A stretch of 24,239 nt of DNA, taken from NCBI GenBank assembly GCA_038214755.1, contig JBBQRQ010000079.1, positions 1 through 24,239 of the forward strand, in the 5' to 3' direction. This DNA is from Verrucomicrobiota bacterium (lineage in GTDB: Bacteria > Verrucomicrobiota > Verrucomicrobiia > Limisphaerales > CANJXF01). The notes under the pieces are model-generated. The model had not been told where the DNA came from and did no database searches. It saw nothing but the letters and a program-made list of their open reading frames with translations. The position numbers and the translations under genes were made by a program. This document shows positions 1 through 7,362 of this stretch, piece after piece. The number at the start of each line of letters is the position of its first letter. Position 1 is the stretch's first letter.

Positions 1-35
1 TATTTGTTCGCTGCTATTACTTGGTGACGCGGGCA

Positions 36-137
36 AAAGCGGTGGAGGGGCACCGCACGCCAAGACGCTATCGCGCTGTTTAGGCCTCCTCGAAATTCGC
101 GTGAGCGTCTTGGAGTGCGGTGGCCCTCCACCGCTTT
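36..137. repeat. REP-like long inverted repeat (34-bp arms)
   Basis: aaagcggtggaggggcaccgcacgccaagacgct (36-69) vs agcgtcttggagtgcggtggccctccaccgcttt (104-137): reverse complements with 2 mismatches; each arm contains a gcggtg-N6-caccgc hairpin. Confidence 0.85.
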
Positions 138-190
138 CAGGGGGGACAACCGACTCCTATTCCACTGAAAATGTCGAAGAGCCACTAAAA

Positions 191-211
191 AGCATCCAAC
201 ATCCAACATCG
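191..211 (+). repeat. heptamer tandem array (aacatcc-type) x3
   Basis: agcatcc aacatcc aacatcg. Confidence 0.6.
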
Positions 212-242
212 AAAGGGTTTCGCATGTCCCGGAGGGCAGATG

Positions 243-812
243 TTACCCAATCCAAACCAATGTTCCCACCGGCAGTCGGTCATAGAGCGGAATCAAATCA
301 TTCGCGGCGAGATGAATGCAGCCGTGCGAAGCGGGGCGACCAATTTTTGGTTCGTCCCCCGTGCCGTGGATGTAAATGTAGCGGTCGTGTGAATCGAGAT
401 TGCCGCCGCGATTGAATCCCGGCTCCAAACCTTCCAGCCAAAAAATACGATTCGTAATTGGCGCGAACGGTTGTCCATCCCAAGTGTAGCCGATAAAATT
501 CCGGCTTTTGAACACCGCGCCGGTTGGCCAGCCGCCGCCAATTTTTTCGGCGATGCGATGGAGTCCGCGCGGCGTCATGTTGGAACCGGCAGTTTCGCCA
601 ATGCCGAATCGCGAAGTGGAGCAGCGATATTTTTTCAGCAATTTGTATTCTGGAAATCGCGCTTCGGAAAATTGGCAAAGGCTTCGTTCAAAAAAAGAAA
701 ATGTTTGCTGCGCCAGATTGACGACGACAAGGAAGCGCGTTGGAAGAATTCCCAATCGCTGACAGGTGAAACCCAATTCTCGCGGCGAAGAAAATTGTTT
801 TCCGAAAATCAT
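243..812 (-). CDS. L,D-transpeptidase (YkuD/ErfK) family protein
   Basis: YIYIHGT...GRPASHGCIHL catalytic His/Cys motif and TPRG motif; ATG at 812 (MIFGK) preferred over 854, which overlaps the upstream gene. Confidence 0.85.
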   Translation of the reverse strand: MIFGKQFSSPRELGFTCQRLGILPTRFLVVVNLAQQTFSFFERSLCQFSEARFPEYKLLKKYRCSTSRFGIGETAGSNMTPRGLHRIAEKIGGGWPTGAVFKSRNFIGYTWDGQPFAPITNRIFWLEGLEPGFNRGGNLDSHDRYIYIHGTGDEPKIGRPASHGCIHLAANDLIPLYDRLPVGTLVWIG

Positions 813-817
813 TTCTT

Positions 818-1078
818 TTATGGTGGGGCGTTCTTTTTCAAATAAGCGCGGCAAAGCGATTTAACTTTGCCGTGAAAATTTACGAAGCTCAGATTAGGAA
901 ACTTCGGGGCGACTCGCTCGTCGAACAGTTTACGCAGAGCGTCATCGAAGTCCGATTCAGCTTCCTTCGCTGAAAGCGAGCGTGGATCGAAAGCAAATTC
1001 AAAGCGGTCAAACAGGCCGGCCAGTTCTGCTATGTCATTTCTGGAAACAAGCCCGGCGGAAAATCCATCTTCTGACAT
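818..1078 (-). CDS. hypothetical small protein (86 aa), second gene of an overlapping pair
   Basis: ATG start; fills the gap between neighbours; amphipathic helical composition; overlaps the upstream ORF by 49 nt; no recognisable motif. Confidence 0.6.
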   Translation of the reverse strand: MSEDGFSAGLVSRNDIAELAGLFDRFEFAFDPRSLSAKEAESDFDDALRKLFDERVAPKFPNLSFVNFHGKVKSLCRAYLKKNAPP

Positions 1079-1458
1079 GCCGATTCCTCCAAAACGCCTT
1101 TGTCTCTTTTATCGCAGGCGAGTTTGTAATCCAAAATCAAATCGTATAATTCCGACGTGCCGCAGGATGGATATTTAATTTTCAAGCCCGATAAAATTTG
1201 CAGTGCGGATTGACAGAAGAAACTCATGCGGCTCCAGATTTCGGCGATTTCGTTCAAATCATCAGACTTGCGCGTCAGCGAAGCCGCCACGCCGTAAGTT
1301 TGCACCACAACTCCTTCGATGATTCTCACCTGCCGCGAAAAAATCGCGCAGGCTTCCGGCATTTCCGCATTGGGCAATGTCTCTCCCAAACGTTGTATTT
1401 CCAAAAGTTGGGGTTGTCCTACTTGAAGAATGTCTTCGAAATTTAAGCACGCTTTCAT
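1030..1458 (-). CDS. hypothetical protein (142 aa), first gene of an overlapping pair
   Basis: ATG start preceded by a sigma70-like promoter; helical protein-like composition; no recognisable motif. Confidence 0.7.
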   Translation of the reverse strand: MKACLNFEDILQVGQPQLLEIQRLGETLPNAEMPEACAIFSRQVRIIEGVVVQTYGVAASLTRKSDDLNEIAEIWSRMSFFCQSALQILSGLKIKYPSCGTSELYDLILDYKLACDKRDKGVLEESACQKMDFPPGLFPEMT

Positions 1459-1470
1459 AGTGGCAACTCC

Positions 1471-1498
1471 AAGATAGGGGGAAAGATTCCAATGGCAA
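1471..1498 (-). promoter_or_regulatory. putative sigma70 promoter for the 1458/1078 gene pair
   Basis: TTGCCA-16 nt-TATCTT, 12 nt before the ATG; TTGCCA recurs at 1466-1461. Confidence 0.5.
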
Positions 1499-1516
1499 GG
1501 CGCAAGAGGGTCCCGC

Positions 1517-2806
1517 TCAATTAGCCTTCGCCAATTTCTTCACCAGCACTTTGGAATTTCTCCCGCTCTGATCATATTTCTCGCGGCGCGACGGCGGTAA
1601 ATCATCGGGCGTGCCTTCGCTGAAACCGGCTTTGCTTTGAAAATAGGTGAACGCCTGAGTTGAAAGTGTAATCAATTCGCCCAAGCCCGACTCGCGCGCT
1701 TTATTCTCAATGAACTGAATTAATTTTTGTCCGATGCCTTGATTTTCGTGCGAAGCATTGACGTAGAGAAAAGCCAACTCGCCTTTTTTCTGTTCGGGAT
1801 AAACATGCAGCGCGACGCACGCCACCGGATTTTTATCGATTTCAAAAATAAAATAATCGCCGAGTTGTTTCTCGAGCGTGCTCCGCGTGCGTTTGGCCAA
1901 TTCGTCATTCTCCATCGAAGGTTTGGTCAGTTTCAAAATCGCGCGCACATCTTTTTTCAACGCCTTGCGAATCTGTTCGTATTCGTTGGCGTAAATCAAA
2001 GTGCCGATGCCTTCATTGGAAAAAACTTCCGCGAGCAATCCTTCATCGACTCGACCGTTGATGATGTGAACCCGTTGCACGCCCGCTCGGCACGCCGCCG
2101 AAGCGTGTTGCGCTTTGGACAACGTTGCGGGATCGAATTCGCTTTTTTGTTTGGCCAGGAGCAAATCGAGTTGCGCGACAATCATCTGCCGGATGACTTC
2201 GCCTTGATGAACAATTCCTTCCTGCGCGGTGATAAAAATTAATTTGATCGCCTTCAACGCTTCGGCCACCGCGAGCGCGACTGAATCGGAATTGACGCGA
2301 TAGGTTTTTCCATCGCCGTCAAAACCGAGCGGCGGCACGACCGGAATGATTCCCTGCGCGAGCAAAGTTTGGAGAAGTTCGATGTCCACGCGCTCGACTT
2401 TTCCGGTATGCAAATGATCCACGCCCTGGATGATGCCGAGAGGATGCGCGATGATGGCGTTGGTGCAGGCGGCGCGCAAATCGTGCGCGGAAAGTCCTTC
2501 CAGAATTTCGTGCGTGAGCCGGTTCGCCGCCGTCAGCGCGAGTTTCAAAGTTTGCGCATCGGTGATCCCGCTCCCGCCCAAATCGGTCGGTTGAACTTTC
2601 TGTTCTTCCGCGAGCAATTTGATTTGCGCCGCTGCGCCGTGAACGAGGACGACACGAATGTTCAGCGAGCGCAGCACCGCGACATCGAGGAGGATGTTGG
2701 CAAAATTTTCCTCAGTCACAATCGCGCCGTCGATGGCGATGATGAAAGTCTTTTCGCGAAAGCTGGGAATGTATTGGAGAATGCCGCGGAGGTCGGTTGG
2801 TTTCAT
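1517..2806 (-). CDS. argA: amino-acid N-acetyltransferase (N-acetylglutamate synthase)
   Basis: N-terminal amino-acid-kinase-like domain (YIPSFREKTFIIAIDG, VLVHGA, HTGKVERVD, LLAEVFSNEGIGT) plus C-terminal GNAT domain (GELAFLYV...NQGIGQKL, RNSKVLVK). Confidence 0.92.
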   Translation of the reverse strand: MKPTDLRGILQYIPSFREKTFIIAIDGAIVTEENFANILLDVAVLRSLNIRVVLVHGAAAQIKLLAEEQKVQPTDLGGSGITDAQTLKLALTAANRLTHEILEGLSAHDLRAACTNAIIAHPLGIIQGVDHLHTGKVERVDIELLQTLLAQGIIPVVPPLGFDGDGKTYRVNSDSVALAVAEALKAIKLIFITAQEGIVHQGEVIRQMIVAQLDLLLAKQKSEFDPATLSKAQHASAACRAGVQRVHIINGRVDEGLLAEVFSNEGIGTLIYANEYEQIRKALKKDVRAILKLTKPSMENDELAKRTRSTLEKQLGDYFIFEIDKNPVACVALHVYPEQKKGELAFLYVNASHENQGIGQKLIQFIENKARESGLGELITLSTQAFTYFQSKAGFSEGTPDDLPPSRREKYDQSGRNSKVLVKKLAKAN

Positions 2807-3123
2807 GCGAAATTAATGTTGTTGGCGATGCCGGATTCACCGGCGCGCCTTAGAAAATGGAGAACAGCCGCGCACTCCATCAGACGAGTTTGGCGGCGAA
2901 TCAAAATGATTATTCCGACATGCTTTTCCGTTTGGCCCAGCCGAAGAAAATCCCGGCGGTTGCAAGTGATGACCACTTGATTTCGTTCTACGGCGTAACG
3001 CAAGGCGACTAAATCGTCGGTGCGAATCGGCAGAACATCCTTGAGAATTTCGACGCGATGACCTTTCCGACGAAGAATTCCCCCTAACTCTGCAGGCACG
3101 TCGTGATCCAAAAAGAAATTCAC
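2803..3123 (-). CDS. DUF5615 family PIN-like toxin (VapC45-like)
   Basis: FFLDHDVP, DD-x-ALRYA, VVITCNRRDF and HVGIIIL motifs; 4-nt overlaps with both neighbours. Confidence 0.85.
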   Translation of the reverse strand: MNFFLDHDVPAELGGILRRKGHRVEILKDVLPIRTDDLVALRYAVERNQVVITCNRRDFLRLGQTEKHVGIIILIRRQTRLMECAAVLHFLRRAGESGIANNINFA

Positions 3124-3377
3124 TCGTTCGGATCGCTCATTTGTTCGGCGACCAACAAATTAATCTCATCTCGATGATCTTCATAATACGCCAGACACTC
3201 ATAGACCTGCGCCTTCGTTATGTCGGGAAAACACGTGACGGTAATTGTGTCCACGGTTTCGCCATTTTGCAGCAGGCCAATGACATCGTGAACTCCGATG
3301 CGCGTGTTTTCGATGCGGGCGTTGCCTCCGCGAATTCCGGGTGTGCGGGTGATGTATCGGTAAGTTTCGTTGACCAT
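3120..3377 (-). CDS. DUF433 domain antitoxin
   Basis: ITRTPGIRGGNARIENTRIGVHDVI...FPDITKAQVYECLAYY is the DUF433 pattern. Confidence 0.9.
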   Translation of the reverse strand: MVNETYRYITRTPGIRGGNARIENTRIGVHDVIGLLQNGETVDTITVTCFPDITKAQVYECLAYYEDHRDEINLLVAEQMSDPNE

Positions 3378-3383
3378 GAAAAA

Positions 3384-3411
3384 ACAATACGCCGCGAGCT
3401 TGTGGAATCAA
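3384..3411 (-). promoter_or_regulatory. putative leaderless sigma70 promoter of the DUF433/PIN pair
   Basis: TTGATT-16-TATTGT-6 nt-ATG. Confidence 0.55.
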
Positions 3412-3424
3412 TTTTAATTCCCGG

Positions 3425-4525
3425 TCAAAGAATTTTTTTGAGCGCGTCCACGCCTCTCTCATTTTCTTCGGGTGTCCCGATGGAAATTCGAATCCATTCC
3501 GGCAATTGATAAACGCCCATCGGACGCACGATCACTCCGAGTTTTTGCATCTCATCGAAAACTTTTTGCCCGTCGCCGACGCGAACCAAAATAAAATTCG
3601 CGGACGTTGGAACAAATTTCAGTTTCATCTTCCGAAATTCCGTTTCCAGAAAATGCGCTCCGTTAAAATTATTTTCCCGCGTTTTTTGCAAATGCTCGGT
3701 ATCATCGAGCGCGGCGAGCGCGGCGGCCTGGGCGATGGAATTGAGATTGAACGGCTGCCGGATTTTTTCCAACGCGGCAACGAGTTCAGGCGCGGCGATC
3801 CCGTAACCGACGCGCAGGCCAGCCAAACCAAAAATTTTTGAGAAGGTGCGCAGCAAAAGGAGATTCGGGTTCTGGCCATGACGAATCAGCGGGAGCAAAT
3901 CAACTGCGTCGTCGAGGAAATCGACGTAGGCCTCGTCCATCACGAGCAAAACATTTTTCGGAACGTGGTTGACGAGTTGCACGACTTCTTCGCGCGGCGC
4001 GAGAGTTCCGGTGGGGTTGTTTGGATTGGCGACGAAAATTACTTTTGTTTTCGGCGTGATGGCTTTGACCATGGCGGGTAAATCGTGGCCATAATTTTTC
4101 GCGGGAACTGTGATGACAGTGGCTCCAAAAAGTTTTGCGACGATGAGGTAAACCACGAAGCAATATTCTGAAACGACAACCTCCACACCAGGAGCCATCA
4201 GCGCGTGCCCGACGAACTCGATGATTTCATTCGAGCCATTTCCGAGAATGAGATTCGCCGGTTCAACGCCCAGTTTGTCCGCGAGTTTTTGTTTCAAATA
4301 AAATGCATTGCCATCGGGATAGAGATGCAAATTTTTTAAAACGCGTTCCATCGCCGCCAACGCTTTGGGCGAGGGGCCGAGCGGATTTTCGTTGGAGGCG
4401 ACTTTGATGAAACTGCTTGGCGGCAAATCGAGTTCGCGCGCGACTTCTTCAATGGGACGGCCTGGGGTGTAAACGGGAATGTTTTCTAAATTTGGATTTA
4501 AGGAAATGGCCGGCGAAGTTTTCAA
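3425..4525 (-). CDS. hisC: histidinol-phosphate aminotransferase
   Basis: YTPGRP, SNENPLGP, NPNNPTG, DEAY, RTFSKIFGLAGLRVGY (PLP lysine), RISIGTPEEN; TTG start. Confidence 0.92.
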   Translation of the reverse strand: MKTSPAISLNPNLENIPVYTPGRPIEEVARELDLPPSSFIKVASNENPLGPSPKALAAMERVLKNLHLYPDGNAFYLKQKLADKLGVEPANLILGNGSNEIIEFVGHALMAPGVEVVVSEYCFVVYLIVAKLFGATVITVPAKNYGHDLPAMVKAITPKTKVIFVANPNNPTGTLAPREEVVQLVNHVPKNVLLVMDEAYVDFLDDAVDLLPLIRHGQNPNLLLLRTFSKIFGLAGLRVGYGIAAPELVAALEKIRQPFNLNSIAQAAALAALDDTEHLQKTRENNFNGAHFLETEFRKMKLKFVPTSANFILVRVGDGQKVFDEMQKLGVIVRPMGVYQLPEWIRISIGTPEENERGVDALKKIL

Positions 4526-4556
4526 TTTTTAATTAGTTGCCGTTGTCGTTTTCGTT

Positions 4557-4692
4557 TTCGAACCCGAATTTTGCACGAGAACCGTAGCGCAGGTTTTCAA
4601 CCTGCCGTATCGCGGGTTTGTAACCCGCCGGATGTCGCCAGCGCCAGCCGGTTGCAAACCGGCGATACAGCAGCTTGCAAAGCTGCGCTGCG
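4557..4692. repeat. GTAG-headed four-hairpin REP-like element, copy 1
   Basis: gtagcgcaggttttcaacctgc, gcgggtttgtaacccgc, gccggttgcaaaccggc and gcagcttgcaaagctgc hairpins; closely similar inverted copy at 19323-19456. Confidence 0.9.
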
Positions 4693-4736
4693 TCCAATGC
4701 GAAATCCGTTTTGAAACGCGAACTCGAAATCATGTT

Positions 4737-5831
4737 TTACAATTTATTCAGGATTTTTTTTACATCGACGTGCTTTCCGATCAAGTCGCGGATGACAGAG
4801 ATTTTTTCCAGATCATCCGGACGGGTCTTGACGATCAGGTCGTGGACATGGGAAGCGACCTCGTAGCTGTCAGCTTTGGCCAGCAGAACGGGGCAATCGA
4901 GATTATGAATGACTTTCAAAACTTCTTCGCACGGTCGCAAATTTCCGGTGAGCACAATTCCCGCGAGATTGTGAACGGTCTTTTCGCAAAGCGTGGCCGC
5001 AGCGGCGAGGACCAAATCTTCGCGATCACCCGGTGTGATGATGAGCACGCCGGATTTAAAAAATTGAATGGCGTTGCTCGCGCTCATCGCTCCGACGACG
5101 ACCTCCTCCACCAGATTGTTGAGTTGTCGGGATTGATTGAGCGGCTCGGCTTCGAGGTCTTCGAGAATTGAACGGAGAGTCGGGTGAGAAAGAATTTTGT
5201 GGTGAGGAATGATGCCGACCAAATCCAGCCCTCTTCGCTTCAAGCCACGGCGGGCAAAGTCAGCGATGTAATCAATTTTTTCTGGAGTTACTTTGTTGAT
5301 GATGACCCCGATGATCTCCACGCCCGCCTTTTCAAAAAGCGCCTGGTTCAGCGCCACTTCATCGATGGGTTTTCCGATCCCGCCGCGGGTGACGATGACA
5401 ACTTTGGCTCCGAGAATTTTCGCAACCTGCGCGTTGGACAAATCAAACACCGAACCGACTCCGGCGTGCCCGGAGCCTTCGCACAAAACGAAATCTTTTT
5501 CCCAGGCGACGCGGTCGAACGCCGCCTGGATTTTTTTGGCGAGCGCATCGTAGTTCGCCGTCACCAAATATTTTCGCGTGAAATCCGGCTCGATGGCAAT
5601 CGGGCTCATGTCCACCAGCGGACAATTTAATTTGTAAACGCTGTCCATCAGCACGGTGTCTTCATCGATTTTATGTTCAGCAATTTCGACGAAGCGTTGC
5701 CCCACGGGTTTGATGTAACCGACGCGCGGATGAAATTTTTGGAGCGCGGCGAGCAGGCCGAGAGACACGGTGGTTTTGCCATCGTTTTGTCGAGTGGCAG
5801 CGATGAAAACGCGGGGGGTGACGGTGTTCAT
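4737..5831 (-). CDS. BioD-like (AAA_26) + DRTGG domain protein, equivalent to the N-terminal region of class II phosphotransacetylases
   Basis: ATRQNDGKTT P-loop, GYIKPVGQ, LCEGSGH, GVIINKV, IITPGDREDL and GIVLTG DRTGG motifs. Confidence 0.85.
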   Translation of the reverse strand: MNTVTPRVFIAATRQNDGKTTVSLGLLAALQKFHPRVGYIKPVGQRFVEIAEHKIDEDTVLMDSVYKLNCPLVDMSPIAIEPDFTRKYLVTANYDALAKKIQAAFDRVAWEKDFVLCEGSGHAGVGSVFDLSNAQVAKILGAKVVIVTRGGIGKPIDEVALNQALFEKAGVEIIGVIINKVTPEKIDYIADFARRGLKRRGLDLVGIIPHHKILSHPTLRSILEDLEAEPLNQSRQLNNLVEEVVVGAMSASNAIQFFKSGVLIITPGDREDLVLAAAATLCEKTVHNLAGIVLTGNLRPCEEVLKVIHNLDCPVLLAKADSYEVASHVHDLIVKTRPDDLEKISVIRDLIGKHVDVKKILNKL

Positions 5832-5832
5832 G

Positions 5833-5860
5833 AAATTAAAAATGCAAAATTACAAATTAA
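5833..5860 (+). repeat. heptamer array (aaattaa-type) x4
   Basis: aaattaa aaatgca aaattac aaattaa. Confidence 0.5.
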
Positions 5861-5894
5861 AAAACAGGGAATACTCTTTCGTTTCCTTTGTTTG

Positions 5895-6165
5895 CGAACT
5901 CCGAAATCCGAATCCCCGAAATCCGAAAGAAATCCGAATACCGAAAACGATTCCGGACACGAAGCTGGAAGCTTCCGTAACTTGCAGGCAAGGATGCCTG
6001 CGCTGCGAGAGGTAGCGCACGCTTCCAGCGTGCAGGTTGCGGCGGCTTCCAGCCGCCAGTCAAAAACAAAGCAGCACTTGGAAAAGTGCTTTGCCACCCG
6101 CACAGTTCCGCCCCACCTTCGTCCTTCGGGCTTCGGATTTCTTTCGGATTTCGGATTTCGGATTT
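5895..6165. repeat. composite intergenic element: inverted ccgaaat heptamer arrays enclosing REP-like hairpins
   Basis: Left arm 5895-5946 contains ccgaaatccgaaagaaatccgaa; right arm 6125-6165 contains its exact reverse complement; internal hairpins at 5961-6058 (gaagctggaagcttc, gcaggcaaggatgcctgc, gtagcgcacgcttccagcgtgc, ggcggcttccagccgcc). Confidence 0.85.
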
Positions 6166-6202
6166 AATTGTCTGATTCTGCCTCAACTAAAAATTTAAAA
6201 CT

Positions 6203-7255
6203 CTATTCGCCCGAAACTTTTTTTACGGCGTCAGGATAAAGTTCGCTGTAGGCAATGGATTGAAGTCCGACGATGGCGGCGACGCCTAAAATATCATGCG
6301 CGTTCGAGCCGCGCGAAACGTCCGCCGCCGGACGATCCAATCCCAGCAAAATCTGGCCGTAAGCATTGGCGCGCGAGATGTGGCGAATGAGTTTGCTCCC
6401 GATATTTCCAGAATTGAGATCGGGAAAAATCAAAACATTCGCGCGACCAGCGACCGGGCTGTCGGGCAATTTGCGTTGGGCGATTTCGGGAACGAGCGCC
6501 GCATCGACTTGCAATTCGCCATCGAAATCCGCGTCGAGCGAAATCGTTTTTGCTTTTTGTTGAGCCAGCGCCGTCGCAGCCTGAACTCTGCCGATGGATG
6601 GATGAGTCGCGCTGCCTTTGGTGGAAAAAGAGAGCAACGCGACGCGCGGTTTGGTTCCGAGTAATTGCCGGGCAAGTTGGGCGGTCGAGATAGCGATGTT
6701 GGCGAGTTGATCCACCGTGGGTTCGGGGATCACTCCGCAATCGGCCATGAACATGACGCCCTTTTCGCCGAAGCGCGTGTCCTCGACTTCCATGATCATG
6801 CAACTGGACGCGGTGGTCGCTTGCGGCGCGACTTTGATGATTTGAAACAGCGGGCGCAATACGCTGCCGGTGCTTTCGTTCGCACCGGAAATAAACCCGT
6901 CGGCTTGATGCATCGCCACCATCATTGCTCCAAAATAATCGGGCTTGAGCATCGCCTGCCGCGCCTCTTTTTCTTTGATGCCTTTGATGCGACGGATGAA
7001 TTCAAAACGTTTGGCAAAAGGCTCGAGGTCCTCGCTCTCCGCCGGATTGATAATGCGAACGCCTTCCAGCGAAACATTTATTTTCTCAGCGGCTTCTTTA
7101 ACTTTCGTGCGGTCGCCCAGGAGAATCGGCGCACCCAGTCGCAACGAATAAAACTGCCGTGCCGCCTGCAAAACGCGCGGCTCAGTCCCTTCGGCAAAAA
7201 CCACGCGTTTAGGATGGCGCTGAAGTTTTTCGATAACGCCGCCAATAAATCTCAT
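6203..7255 (-). CDS. pta: phosphate acetyltransferase (single catalytic domain)
   Basis: KRVVFAEGTEPRVLQAA, ADCGVIPEP, VALLSFSTKGS, DGELQVDAALV, LIFPDLNSGNI, DVSRG. Confidence 0.88.
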   Translation of the reverse strand: MRFIGGVIEKLQRHPKRVVFAEGTEPRVLQAARQFYSLRLGAPILLGDRTKVKEAAEKINVSLEGVRIINPAESEDLEPFAKRFEFIRRIKGIKEKEARQAMLKPDYFGAMMVAMHQADGFISGANESTGSVLRPLFQIIKVAPQATTASSCMIMEVEDTRFGEKGVMFMADCGVIPEPTVDQLANIAISTAQLARQLLGTKPRVALLSFSTKGSATHPSIGRVQAATALAQQKAKTISLDADFDGELQVDAALVPEIAQRKLPDSPVAGRANVLIFPDLNSGNIGSKLIRHISRANAYGQILLGLDRPAADVSRGSNAHDILGVAAIVGLQSIAYSELYPDAVKKVSGE

Positions 7256-7362
7256 GGCCGTTTATTAACGGAGCACTCAACAAACCGCAACTCTGTGGAA
7301 AGGCGGAATCTTAAATCGGAACGATCAAAATTACTCATCGCGCGAACTCGCATCGGTGGACT

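Noticed and set aside
4533..4733. 66-aa ORF, and likewise the ORFs at 101-415, 5828-6186, 18282-18500 and 19346-19600
   Set aside because: Translations of intergenic repeat elements, not independent genes
5895..6165. CRISPR array
   Set aside because: Units are 7 nt with no unique spacers of regular length; no cas genes
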